Source: Malacoraja senta
Lineage: Eukaryota
NCBI GenBank assembly: GCA_038087875.1
Contig: CM075996.1
Location: 8,124,001-8,188,000 of the forward strand
Reading direction: 5' to 3'
DNA length: 64,000 nucleotides
Shown here: one piece after another, positions 14,481 through 27,660 of the stretch
Numbering within the stretch: the first letter of the stretch is position 1
How the letters are laid out: each line of letters starts with the position of its first letter
Translations under genes and position numbers: made by a program
Notes under the pieces: model-generated
What the model was told of the DNA's origin: nothing
Databases searched by the model: none
What the model saw: only the letters and a program-made list of their open reading frames with translations

Positions 14481-15372
14481 AAAGGCCATATCTTGGAAGA
14501 GGATTATCAGACCGTACGGTGGATGTTATGGCAGCAGCCTGGAGGAATAGTACTCAGAAGCAGTACATTTTTTATATAAAGAAATAGGAGGTGTTTTGTT
14601 CAGGAAAGAATATTGCATCTAACACAGCAGAAATTTCAGATGTATTAAAGTTTTTTTCAACTCTTTACTACGAATTAAAAATTAAGTTATAGTGCAAACA
14701 ATACTGCACGAAGTGCACTCTCTGCATATTAAGCTGTGAATCAGAACAAAATCCAATAGGATCACATCCATGGGTCTGTAGGTTTATGAAGGGAATTTTC
14801 ATAATAGGTATACAGAAATCTGGAATGTAAAAGATGTACTGATACTGCTGAGGGATTGGAATCCTATTGAAACTCTGTCATTAGCCGAAATCACCACGAA
14901 ATTGGTTATGCTGACGGCATTAGTTCCAGATCAGTGTTCAAACATTACAGAAATTAAATTGACAGAATGAAAGTAAGGGCAGATGCCGTTACATTCTATG
15001 TCTATGATTTACTGAAGCAAAGTAGACCTGGGTTCACGGGATGAAAGTTGGAGTTTTCAGCATATCCTACAGATCCATGGCTATGTGTAGTAACATATGT
15101 AAGATGTTACATGGAAACAAACAAAATCTTAAGAGGCACAGAATTAGCATTTTATTAGTCATAAAAGTCCTCATAAGAAAGTGTCAACACAGACAATTTC
15201 AAGATGGTTGAAACAGGTGTTGATTTATTCAGGTATAGATACTGATAAATTAAAATCTCATTCCACCAGGGGGGCATCAACATCTGCGAGGGATTCAGAC
15301 GTTCCATTAGACCTTATCCTCGCGGCCGCAGGATGGGCAAGTGAACAGATGTTTCACAAGTACCACATAAGA
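14474..15372 (+). pseudogene. DIRS tyrosine recombinase ORF (decayed; C-terminus interrupted by CR1)
   Basis: N-terminus GLSDRTVDVMAAAWRNSTQKQY. C-terminus TISRWLKQVL..GID...KSHSTRGASTS...ILAAAGWASEQMFHKY shows the HxxR, W and Y catalytic pattern of phage-integrase-type YRs. Confidence 0.85.
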
Positions 15373-16530
15373 GATTAGGATACAAACTTAAATCACACGG
15401 TATTGGGGGTTCAGTATTGATGTGGATAGAGAACTGGCTGGCAAACAGGAAGCAAAGAGTAGGAGTAAACGGGTCCTTTTCACAATGGCAGGCAGTGACT
15501 AGTGGGGTACCGCAAGGCTCAGTGCTGGGACCCCAGCTATTTACAATTTATATTAATGATCTGGATGAGGGAATTGAAAGCAACATCTCCAAGTTTGCGG
15601 ATGACACTGAGCTGGGGGGCAGTGTTAGCTGTGAGGAGGATGCTAGGAGACTGCAAGGTGACTTGGATAGGCTGGGTGAGTGGGCAAATGTTTGGCAGAT
15701 GCAGTATAATGTGGATAAATGTGAGGTTATCCACTTTGGTGGCAAAAACAGGAAGGCAGACTATTATCTAAATGGTGGCCGATTAGGAAATGGGGAGATG
15801 CAGCGAGACCTGGGTGTCATGGTACACCAGTCATTGAAAGTAGGCATGCAGGTGCAGCAGGCAGTGAAGAAAGCGAATGGTATGTTGGCTTTCATAGCAA
15901 GAGGATTTGAGTATAGGAGCAGGGAGGTTCTACTGCAGTTGTACAGGGTCTTGGTGAGACCACACCTAGAGTATTGCGTACAGTTTTGGTCTCCAAATCT
16001 GAGGAAGGACATTATAGCCATAGAGGGAGTGCAGAGAAGGTTCACCAGACTGATTCCTGGGATGTCAGGACTTTCATATGAAGAAAGACTGGATAGACTT
16101 GGCTTATACTCGCTAGAATTTAGGAGATTGAGAGGGGATCTTATAGAAACGTACACAATTCTTATGGGGTTGGACAGGCTAGATGCAGGAAGATTGTTCC
16201 CGATGTTGGGGAAGTCCAGGACAAGGGGTCACAGCTTAAGGATAAGGGGGAAATCCTTTAAGACCGAGATGAGGAAAAACTTTTTCACACGGAGAGTGGT
16301 GAATCTCTGGAACTCTCTGCCACAGAGGGTAGTTGAGGCCAGTTCATTGGCTATATTTAAGAGGGAGTTAGATGTGGCCCTTGTGGCTAAAGGGATCAGG
16401 GGGTATGGAGAGAAGGCAGGTACGGGATACCGAGTTGGATGATCAGCCATGATCAGATTGAATGGCGGTGCAGGCTCGAAGGGCCGAATCGCCTACTCCT
16501 GCACCTATTTTCTATGTATCTATGTATCTA
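15363..16530 (+). mobile_element. 5'-truncated CR1-clade LINE nested in the DIRS element
   Basis: Uninterrupted 341-aa RT C-terminal ORF 15417..16442 ([28 protein letters not shown]); conserved 3' UTR; (TCTATGTA)n tail. Confidence 0.95.
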
Positions 16531-17814
16531 TAAGGAGATTAAAGATCCCGGGGGTGTTTGGTGATGCCTGCCGTGCTGGGTTCAGTATTAAATCCCCCAT
16601 TATGATAAATGGGTTAAATTGTTAAAATAAATAAAACCATTAACTGATTACATTTAATGTTGTGGTTATGCATTGTTGATTGTGCTTACTCAATAGAGTC
16701 AATCAGTGCAGTGAGCACCTGGATTTTAATCCACGGTGTGAAATCACAGAGCTTTGACATCTTCACGTAGTCACTCACGTGACTCCGAAGTAAAATAGTA
16801 AGATTAAACGAGAACTTACCAGTTTGAAGTTTGATCTTTATTTTATGAGGAGTAACATTGAGGGATTACGTGCCCTCCGCTCCCACCCTCATAAAAGGAT
16901 CGAGCTGGTAGTTCTAAGTCTTTATGCATCTTACTATTATACTTCAGTAATTAGCGTCTGTGATTGTCACTCCGCTGCTTTGAAGATTGACGCGTGTGCA
17001 GCTGGACGGGGTCTTCTTCACGTAATCCCTCAACGTTACTCCTCATAAAATAAAGATCAAACTTCAAACTGGTAAGTTCTCGTTTAATCTTACTATTCTC
17101 ATTATAATCCTTTTCTGGTATGAATACTGTCTAGATAATAAACTGAGAAGGACCAGAATTGCATTCCATTTTAAAGCAGCTTTTGTGAGAGCAGATTTCT
17201 ACACTGGGCTCAGTAAATAACAATCAGGATGATGAAGCTTCGCCTGGTGAAGCAGGAAGGGAAGCTATATTATTCATATTGCAACTGGGGATCAGTATCA
17301 TTCAACGAGAAGGACAAAAAGTAGAACGTTCTTTGTTCACCTGTCCAAGTTTGACATCGGACTTTAAATTAATTTGAGGATGAGGATAAGCTTTTGTACC
17401 TAATTATCAAACTTATAGCCGAACGATATTTGTTGAAGAATGAATTGAAGAGATTTCATGACTTAAAACAAAACTATGATCCTTCAGTTTACATTTAACA
17501 GTGTCAACCCCCTTGGGTTTAACGCAACTCGACATATCGTCACTTCCCATTAATTGTGGCACTCCCAAGAATGGAGACGTTATTGATGTATGATTTTGTA
17601 CAACAAGTACAATCATTAATGCTAGGGTTTACCATAAATGAGGATTGTTTGAAAATTTGTTTAAAGGTGATTTCTTAGAGGAATAAATACATTTTAATTC
17701 ATAGAGACAAAGGAGATGTTTTGTAAATTTATAGTTTACTAATTTTCTTTAATATAAAAAATGTTGCATTGCAATGGACCCAAACATTTTTCTGTCTTTG
17801 GCACTGGAGAACTA

Positions 17815-17996
17815 CAGTGTACGTCCGTGTTATGGCAGTTCGGGTCATGGAAATTTGCTCGTTCAAAATAAATAAATACAAATGGCTAAAGGAACAACAA
17901 ATTTTGGCAAGTTTTGACAAGAGTTTGCATGAGAGAAAATTACGATACGGACAGTTTTCTGGGAACACAAACCCTTCGTAATGCAGGGTGGTGCTG
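17815..17996. mobile_element. Possible degenerate Tigger/pogo-like MITE
   Basis: TA|CAG...CTG|TA ends with weak, decayed terminal inverted similarity. Confidence 0.35.
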
Positions 17997-18087
17997 TAAT
18001 GGAGTAAACCCAACTCTATTCAAACATGGCATTTTACCAAACTGTAATTGTCCATCCTGCACTCTGACTGTGATTTATTCCCTGGAA

Positions 18088-18960
18088 TAGAAACATAGAC
18101 ATAGAAAATAAGTGCAGGAGTAGGCCATTCAGCCCTTCTAGCCAGCACCGCCATTCAATATGATCATGGCTGATCATCCAAAATCAGTACCCCGTTCCGG
18201 CTTTTCCCCCCGAAACGTCACCCATTCCTTCTCTCCAGAGATGCTGCGTGTCCCGCTGAGTTACTCCAGCTATGTGTGTCCATCTTCGATTTAAACCATC
18301 ATCTGCAGTTCTTTCATACACAGCTAAATCTAACTCTTGAAACATCCAGTGAATTAGCCTCCACTGCCTTCTGTGGCAGAGAATTCCATAAATTCACTAC
18401 TCTCTGGGTGAAAACTTTTTTCCTCATCTCAGCCCTAAATGGCCTAACCCTTATTCTTAAACTGTGACCCCTGGTTCTGGACTCCCCCAACATCGGGAAC
18501 ATTTCCCCTGCATCTACCCTGTCCAATCCTCGAAGAATTTTATATGTTTCTATAAGATCCCCTCTCATCTTTCGAAATTCAGCCAAATACAAACCCAGTC
18601 GACCCATTCTTTCATCATACATCAGTCCCACCATCCCGGGAATTAACCAGCTGCACTCCTTCAATAGCAATAATGTCCTTCCTCAAATTAGGAGACCAAA
18701 ATTGCACACAATACTCCAGGTGCGGTCTCACCAGGGCCCTGTACAACTGCAGTAGGACCTCCTTGCTCCTAAACTCAAATCCTCTCACAATGAAGACCAA
18801 TTGGCTTTCTTCACTGCCAGCTGTACCTGCATGCTTACTTTCAATGACTGATGTACAAGCACACCCAGGTCTCCTTGCACCTCCCCTTCTCCTAATCCGA
18901 CACCATTCAGATAATAATCTGCCTTCCTGTTCTTGCCACCAAAGTGGATAACCTCACAAA
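18088..18960 (-). mobile_element. CR1 3' fragment (minus) interrupted by a PLE-tail fragment at ~18210-18318
   Basis: ORFs 18615..18800 and 18314..18670 give [13 protein letters not shown] and RGDLIETYKIL; reverse-complement CR1 tail at ~18088-18105. Confidence 0.9.
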
Positions 18961-19512
18961 GTGGACAACCTCACAAAATAGTTTTCCTTGAATTGATCGT
19001 CATATTTAAAAGGGATGTTATCAGGCCTTCAACAAAGTCAACATCTCTGAAGTCATTAGCTTTATTAATAAATATTAATAAATAGTAAAAATCCAAACAA
19101 AGATATTGATTAGCTAAAAAGAAACCATTTTGAGTTCAAGTGAGCCAAACTAATGAACTGACCGCAGAGGAAGTCCCCTCCTCAACACAGGATTATGACA
19201 GATGAATAATTTTTTGCAGTTGCACGAACAATTAGAGACGGATAAAATCAAGGTGCTTTTACTCTGTATATATTAACTAATATATACTCAGTATATATTA
19301 ACTAAATTTATAGAACTACAGAAGAATTAAAAATTAATGCAAGATACAGGGATAAACTGAGCAATACAAGAAATATTTACATGAATTTTACAACTTTTAC
19401 TTGATGCCAGCAATTTGCTATCCAAACATAAAAATTGCTATATTACTCCTTTCATTACAATCCCACTTTGTAGCTAATCCCAGAGTTTATTAGTGAATAG
19501 TATGGATCGTAC

Positions 19513-19623
19513 CTTTGCTGCCACCTCTGCACTGATCTCTTCTTGGGTTTCTGCCAACCGTTTCTTTGCAATTTCGGTTCTTCTGTCGCAGTCTGTGATA
19601 AATGACTGCAAGTGATCCATTGC
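19513..19623 (-). CDS. LUC7L2: LUC7L2 coding exon 4 (AMDHLQSFITDCDRRTEIAKKRLAETQEEISAEVAAK)
   Basis: tcctcctcttaag|GCAATG...GCAAAG|gtacga; 111 nt; coiled-coil region. Confidence 0.96.
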
Positions 19624-21927
19624 CTTAAGAGGAGGAGACAATAGTTAGTCTTGGAAGTCCAATCAACTTACATCTCGGACATTTCGTAATCAATGATTAA
19701 GTTTGTAACGCGCTTAAATAGAGGTCAAGGGCAGCCGAGATAGGGAGGTGTACAGATATGGAGAGGAGATGTAGGTTTCATAAAATTAAGGGTTTTCAAA
19801 ATGTATGTGGATCAAATTTGGTTCAATCCCAACGGCCGAATACTTGACCATGGTGTTGCACAATTATTGATTTTACAATAAATCAATGTTTGATCTCTAG
19901 TTTATTGATGTGGATAGCTCCGTTGATTGAGTGCGAAGCTTGGGAAAGTGATATTAGGAATAAAGTCGTATTTTTTTGAGGGAGACAATGCATTAATATG
20001 AATGGATACATAGTAGTCTGTGCAGTGTTTTCAACAACGTTAAGACCACTCTCTGGAAAACACAATGTCAATACTATATCTTTGGTTCACAGCTTTGGTA
20101 ACAGTCTAACTTGAAACATGAAGAGTTTCCTTTTGTTGTTGTAAATGCTACCTGGTTTGTTGAGCATTTTGCTTCCTATTTCAAAGTATTTCATATCCTG
20201 TTATGGTGACAGAATGCGGGGAAATAATCAAAATGTATCTGTGCAAATACAACACAAATATAATTCACCAGCGTCCAAGAACTCATTTCTACAACAAATA
20301 TGTACAAATCCGTTGCCAAGCAAGGCAGATTCAGAAACAGGTCTATTCAATTTCTGCTCTACATTACTAAATCGTCAAAAGAAAATCTCAAAATATTTAT
20401 TATATCAACAGGGTTTGTAAGTAATCTTAGCGGAATATCAGGTGCTGTTCTTCCGGTTTGCATTTGGCCTCATTCTGGCAATGGAAAAGCCACGGACAGA
20501 AAGTTCGGTATGGGAATAGGAAGGTGAGTTAAAATGGCTAGCAATTTGGAGCTGTAGTAGGCCTTGGTAAACGCAGCACAAGTGTTCAATGGAGCGGCCA
20601 CCCAGTCTACATTTGGTCTTGCCAATTTACAGCCCAACAGTATGAGCTGTGAATATCCCCACATCCTCTCTCCTTCTAGTGTGCACACTTCTCTCACCAT
20701 TCCAGTCACTCTGCTCACTTCTCCTTCTCTGTACGCTCATCTTCCATCCACGGGTCGCGCATTTCCATCTTTACCCACCCCAGTCCCCGTCCACTCAAAT
20801 CCGTCCCTCTGTCTTTACACTTCAATTCTTTGCTTATCTGACATGCTTTTGTCTCCTTTTCACCTCGAACCTTTGTCACTTCCTCATTCTGTCCACCTGT
20901 CGCTTGCAGGCTTTGTCCCATTCCACCTCACTTTTCCAGATTTTACCTCCCACTCCAGTCAGTCTGAAGGGTCCCAATTCAAAAGTAATCTGTCCATTCC
21001 CTCCAAAGATGCTGCCTGCCCCACTCAGTTATTAGAAATTTAAGAATCAGTATCTCTGGAGGATATGGATAGGTGATGTTTTGGGTCTGGACCCTTTTCT
21101 GCAAATTCAGTTTTGGTATTATGTTGATGATGATGATCTAAAGTGAATTTTTATACTTTGGGTAAAAAAAACAACAAGCAATGGTTTTAAAATGTTTAGC
21201 CTTTATTCGTAGAAAAGTTAAAAGGGCACAGTTTGGCTTCAACTATAAGCAGCCAGAGAGTACATCTAAGTCTATGCACAAGTCTGGACACTGCACCTTC
21301 GAGAGAGTATAAATTAACTTTCAAAAGGATTAATTTGCAGATTCACTAGCATATCACTAGATGTCCACAGGTTAAATTTTGCTATCAACTAATGTTATAA
21401 CCCTTAAAATACAGAATGCTGGGCAGTGATTTGATCAATATTTTTAGGATTTTGAAAGGGAACATTTGTGCTTAGATGTTGAAACAAAAAAGATGTTGCT
21501 TAGATGTTGAAACAAAAATGGAAAAAATATTAAAAATCTACTTTGTGAGATTCAACAACTGTAGGCAAATACCAATGATGTTGTAGTGTACAGCTTGTTG
21601 TAAGGTTGTGATATCAATACCAGTTTCTGCTGAATTTGAGAGCAGTTGTGCAAGGTCTACTGAGATCTCTATTATCCTTGCAGTATATTGGGTTTCATTA
21701 AATTATTCCAACACATTAGCTAAGTAGTCTATAATTTGGAACACAACATATTTTCTTTAAAACAAATTTAAACTAAAACCCTAATTGGAAATGGAAGATG
21801 GCAATTTTTAATCACTTTAAAGATTTCTCATCTTGACGTGGAATAAGAACACACATTAAGAAATAGAAATAAACAATATTCCTAACGTTTGTACCAATTA
21901 ATAATAATTAATCACATGACTACTTAC

Positions 21928-22026
21928 ATCCATTTCAAAAAAGTGGTCCTTCAACTTGGAGGCAATTTCATAGTCCGCTCTTAGTGCAAGGTCATGAACC
22001 TTTGTGCATTCTCCAAGGTCCATTCG
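21928..22026 (-). CDS. LUC7L2: LUC7L2 coding exon 3 (RMDLGECTKVHDLALRADYEIASKLKDHFFEMD)
   Basis: cctacag|CGAATG...ATGGAT|gtaagt; 99 nt; completes zinc finger 1. Not in the ORF track; translated by hand. Confidence 0.96.
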
Positions 22027-25000
22027 CTGTAGGAAATAGGAGAATATTTTTTGTATTACTAACTAATCAATATTAAATAGCAAACAAAACTACTAGACTG
22101 TTCTGCACCAAAGAGACAATAGAAAATAATAGATGGTTATAATCAAATATAAGGAACCATTTGCAGCTACCTTTAAAGCAGCAAATGATTTAAGGACTCA
22201 GCATAGAGAAATTTCCACAGCAAAACAAGTGGTAAGTTATCAATACACATCATGTCTAACATCATAAAGTTATTTTACACAAGTTCCTTATTTACACTCT
22301 AAAGATGAGGGAATTGTTTGGGTGACAGTACAGGCCTCTTGCTTCCGACAGGCAAATACAGTAGTCTTTTCTTGTTAATCTGTCACAATGTGTTACAATG
22401 TGTTGGATTATCAAATATGTCGGATGTACGAATTTTAAGTTCTCACAGATAATGGACTGACAATAATGGAGAATCCTCTGCTCCAATTTAAAGGTTATTC
22501 TTGCTCAGAAAGCTGTCTGATTAATGTTAGGAGTGGAATGAGCTACGATAAATGTTTCCCAAAGTCATAAAATCTGCAGAATAGCTAATGAGGTTAATTA
22601 TAACTAGGTAAACCAACAGTAACGAGTATCCTGAAAAGGTAGAAATATGGACAATAAATCTCGAACTGCGGAACAGGCAGTACCCCCAGAAGCTCCGCAC
22701 CCCAGTAAGTTGCCCAAGCCACCCACAATGAGAGGAAAATATTCATGTGAGAATAGTTTAACAAGCAACTGCACTTCCAAAAGCTGCAGCCACTTCAATG
22801 TTACAAGTTCCACTTGCATTTAATGCTGTTAAAGCCAGCTAATTGAATAAACATTTGTCTAACATTTGTTCTAGTTTCTGAGCACATCATGATAATATAA
22901 AGGTATCTTTAGCAGGTGTTGTGGGCTGTTATCGGAGTACGGTCATTTATAAGCTTGGTGTATACAGTACAAAAAATTACTCCCCGGATGAATGAGATTG
23001 CTGGATGGGCCGTACATTGAATGAAGAGTTGGAGGCACGTGGCCTGACCCTCATTGTTTTGCAATGACCCTCAGTTAAACAATTGAAATATAATGCTAAA
23101 TCAACTATCGGTTTTGGAAAAAAACATGTCTGAGTCTGAATAAGAATTGTAAATTAATGAAAATATCTATGGTGAATTAAGATCTGTTACACATGGGTTA
23201 GTGTTGGATAGTGAATATTCCAGAACAATGAGTGTAGGATGAGCAAAGATGTACCATATCTGAGGAAAAGGGAAAAGGGAAACGTTTCATCTGCCAAGCT
23301 TATGCCCCTACCCTCCCCCCCTACAATATTCCAGTAACTTTTAAAACAAAAACCATGGGTTGCAAGTTTATGTTAAATGAAGATGCGTTGTTTCTTCTTA
23401 AAGCATCATAAATTATTTCTAGTTAACTCACTACTGATCCGATTTACAGTCTGCTTAATTCTAGAGTTTGTTTTCTGTGTCAGAACAAAACATAGCAACG
23501 GCAGCCTTGGAAGCCTGAAAACTGCTTAACCTGCTCAACAATAACATTCTTGATATCCAGGAATGGTTTTAAGGTCTATGCATAAATAAACAAAACCACT
23601 TTCAGCACTTTAGGATACTCCAAAATTATTTACAAGCAATATAGCACTTCTGAAATATGGTTTTAACAAACACACGAGCTTCTGGAAAAAAAGGTGCATA
23701 GACCATGCAGATCTTTGAGCCTATTTAAATAAGATCTTGTCCAATTAGTACCCTAACAAATTAATTGTGTTAATGCAATAGTTACATTTGATACTCAACA
23801 TCCAAAACTTATGAGGGATAGGAGTCCCAATTACCATTTGCCGATGTAAGCAAAAGGTGTTTCCTAAATTAAAAATTCTAAGATCTTGCCCCTTTCCCAA
23901 AATCCTTCCTCAGTGAAATTGTTCCTCTGCATTTGTACTACAGAATCCCTTAATGCTTAACCATTATCCGTTATTTAATTTACTGCACATTATAATTGGA
24001 TATTTATATGGTTCCCTCTTTGCCAAATTTCTACTTTTCACTATATTTGTTAAATTATAGCTAATATCTGGAAGCTAGCTTTTTAACATGTTAGTTGGCT
24101 TTGTGCACTGTCATTTCTGAAACAGCAATAAAACCGTCCCAATTATATTCTCAAACTTTGATTGCCCTTGTTACTTACTTTGGTTCTCCACTTGTTGAAT
24201 TAAAATTTACAACTGTAACTACTTTGTTTCTAATGTGTAAAGTTATATTCACTCCTGCCCATGTTAGTGCTGTCAAAGTTCTCTGATAACTACCAGGGCC
24301 TCATATCTTTACTATTCTTCAGTTACACATCTGCCTTTTCACCGTCACCGAACACCTTACTTTCCACTGTTGTACCTGGTTTGTTCCCCATCTTTTTCCA
24401 ATTTTTCTAATAATACAAAAATCTTGCAGCCTGGAAAATGTAGATGTTAACATTGCCCAGTTTGTATCCAAGATCTCACAACTAGTCATAATATAAATGT
24501 TAAAGCATTTCAAGCTTCTGGGTAATCTATTTCACTTCTTTCGCTGCTCATTTCTGATCCATATACAACATTTTTAATTGTCCAACTACCTCCACCTTGC
24601 TCATGCAACTTCATGGTTCCCTGCATAAAAAGACAGCACTAGCAGGCTTAGGGGTCTAAATCTGTTGTTAAAAGTTTTTAAAAAAACACAGGCTGCTTAA
24701 ATGACATGGCCTACAAGAATGTAGTTGAATGCCATTTGTATGCTGGTACTGGTTCAATTTATGTTTATTTAAATGTTATTGCCAAGAGGAGAGATAGCTG
24801 ATCTAGGTAACAGCAAATCACTGATTTTAATCATTCTGTGGACCTTTTGATCTTGCCGCAGACTCTTACAAATTTTAGAAGTGACAAATGTTGAGACTCA
24901 CACACAAATATTAAAAATACAATTCTCAAGTTAAAAAAAACTAAAACGACATATTCTGATTTTATAATCATCAACTTCTTAGAGTGTGCCGGCACAAGTG

Positions 25001-25057
25001 AACTGATAAGCACAATAGTGTTTTGAACAATATAACTAATCCAAAGGATTGGATTTT

Positions 25058-26160
25058 ATAATAATAATAATAACTTTATTTATATAGCACTTGTCATACA
25101 ATTGAATGCAACCCAAAAGTGCTTGCCACAAAAAACACAGGACTACACAAAAATATAATTTAAAACAGTAAGGACATGGCAGTTAATAGCATAAAAAGCA
25201 CAAATTTGTTAAAACATAAAATATAAAATTGAGTAAAAGAACAAAGGAAGTAAAGTCAGTTAAAAGCTTGATAAAAGGTGAGTTTTTAGCTGCCGTTTTA
25301 AAATGTCAACTGAGTGGGCGTCTCTCATAGCCCTGAGTAGGGTATTCCTCAGCTTGGGGCGTAATTGAGAAAAGCTGCTTCACTAATTTTCTTATTACTG
25401 TGGCATTGAGTGGCTAAAGGGCCAGCATCAGAAGACCCGAGTGCTCGAGTAGGGCATAGGGAAGGAGGGACTCTGTAAAATATGCTGCTCCTAAGCCATT
25501 TAGGGCTTTATAGAAGGAGGACCTTATCATCTATCCTGGATCTCACAGGGAGTCAATGAAGGGAGAATAATACGGGTGATATGTTTTCCTTTCTTGGTAT
25601 TTGTTAAAAGCCGGGCTGCGGCATTTTGAATGAGCTGTAACTTGTTGGTGGATTTTGAAGGCAGACCGACCTGTAAATATAACATTACAGTAATCAAGTC
25701 TGCTTGATATGAAAGCATGTCTGAGCTTTTTAGCAAATTTTTTTTAAGCAATATTTCTGAGGTGATAGAAAGCACACTTTGTTACCTTTATGTGAGATTT
25801 AAAATTAACATAATTGTCAATTTTTACCCCCAGTTTTGTGACTTCTTGTTTGACATAGGCACTCAAATTTCCCAGCTTACCGAGTAACATCTCTCTCTTG
25901 GGTTTTGATCCAAGAAATAAAATGTCTGTCTTGTCATCGTTGAGTTTAAGACAGTTAGCATTCATCCATTTTTTAATGGAAAATACGCCAGGAGGTCAAA
26001 GAACTTAAGGTATTTGCATCAGTGGGTTCGACAGAGAGGTATAACTGAGTGTCATCGGCATAAGTTGGAAAATTTACATTATGCCGTCTGATAACTCCTC
26101 CTAGCATCATATACAATGGAAAGAGTAAAGGGCCAAGGCAGTGACCTTGTGCTACACCAC
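25058..26160 (-). mobile_element. Decayed L2-clade LINE 3' portion
   Basis: [12 protein letters not shown] motif near 26040-26062; WMNANCLKLNDDKTDIL; YHLRNI; LQLIQNAAARLLT; (TTA)n-type tail at ~25058-25072. Confidence 0.8.
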
Positions 26161-26297
26161 ATATTTTAAATATATATTATTCATTCAAGGATTATAGGCT
26201 TCACAAGCTGTGTCGGCATTTAATTACCCATTCCTAGCTGCCTTGAGAAGGTGGTGAGCTGCCTTATTGATTTACTGCAGTCATTGAGGCATGGCAT

Positions 26298-27660
26298 TAA
26301 AAATTGTCTCCCTGCCGACCTAGATCCACTGCAGTTCACAGAGGACGCAGTCTCCAATACATTGAACCTCGCACTGTCACACCTCGACCGGAAAAATACT
26401 TATGCCAGGATCCTCTTTTTAGACTTCAGCTCTGCTTTTAATACAACCATTCCACAGCAGTTGGTGGAGAAGCTGAGGCTGTTAGGGGTGGATACTGGCA
26501 CTTGTAACTGGGTCCTTAACTTCTTATCACAACGGCAGCAGACAGTCAGGGTGGGCAGTCGGACATCAAAAACCATCGTCGTGAGCACTGGCTCACCCCA
26601 AGGCTGTGTCCTAAGCCCCCTGCTGTTTAGTCTGCTTACACATGATTGTACTGCTAGACTCAATAACAACTATATCAACAAGTTCGCTGATGACAACAGT
26701 GGTGGGTCTCATCAGCGACAATAATGAGTCGGCGTACAGGATGGAGGTGGAGCTGCTCACAGGATGGTGCAGATCCCACAACCTCACTCTTAATGTGGGA
26801 AAAACTAAGGAGATGGTGGTCGACTTCAGGAGGGCGGGAAAACAACACCATACTCCGCTGTATATTGATGGAACTGCTGTGGAGAGGGTCAGCAGTGTGA
26901 AGTTCCTAGGACTCCACCTGTCGGATGACCTGACCTCTATGACCAACACCACAGCAGTGGTCAAAAGAGCCCAACAGCGACTCCACCCTCTCCGGAGACT
27001 TCGGAAAGCAGGTCTCCCCACTGCCCATCTAAGAACCTTCTATAGGGGCACAATTGAAAGCATAATAACCTACGGCATCACTTCCTGGTTCGGGAGCTGC
27101 AAGGCTTACGAACAATATCAACTAAACAGGATAGTGAAGACCGCCAGCAGGATTATCGGTGCCCCACTCCCTTTCCTGCTGGAGATATACAAGAGGAGCA
27201 TCAGTAGAGCCATCTCCATCATCCAGGACCCCTACCACCCATCACATCACATCTTTTCCATTCTGCCATCTGGGAAGAGGTACAGGAGCATCAGTTGCAA
27301 AACCAGCAGGATGCTCCTCAGCTTCTTCCCATAGGCAATAAGACTGATTAACGGACTGTGTCCCCTCCCAAAACATCGCTCATCCACACATCCAACCGCG
27401 CCCATACTTTGACAGTTAGGCACCTGTCAAAGCAAAGCCCCTGTCGGTCAGAATGACTGTTTTTATTATATTGTTAATTTTTAGGCCTACTTTCTTTTTA
27501 AAAATGGTAATTTTTAATTTGTTTTTAAAGCTCTATGTATTATCCTTTTGTTTTTTACACTGAATGGAAACCGATTGAGCAACGTTTTTTCGTTTCCTCT
27601 GTGTATGCGAGTACTCAGTGAAATGATATTAAAGAAATACTGAATACTGAACTGAACATA
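26298..27660 (+). mobile_element. 5'-truncated Rex1/Babar-clade LINE nested in an older minus-strand LINE 3' end (~26190-28010)
   Basis: [48 protein letters not shown]; (ACTGA)n tail; 7-bp TSD ATGGCAT at 26291-26297 and 27661-27667. Confidence 0.88.

Larger units (their letters stand above)
10876..17097 (+). mobile_element. DIRS1-like tyrosine-recombinase retrotransposon with both termini and ICR intact; ORFs decayed
   Basis: ITR cores 10903-10939 and 16988-17024 (37 bp, 2 mismatches). ICR at 16760-16872 is complementary to both termini. ATT at both ends. Internal order: gag-like, RT, RNase H, methyltransferase-like, YR. Confidence 0.93.

Noticed and set aside
21466..21520. Short tandem duplication TGCTTAGATGTTGAAACAAAAA
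   Set aside because: Simple local duplication, probably within a decayed LINE; no sign of function.
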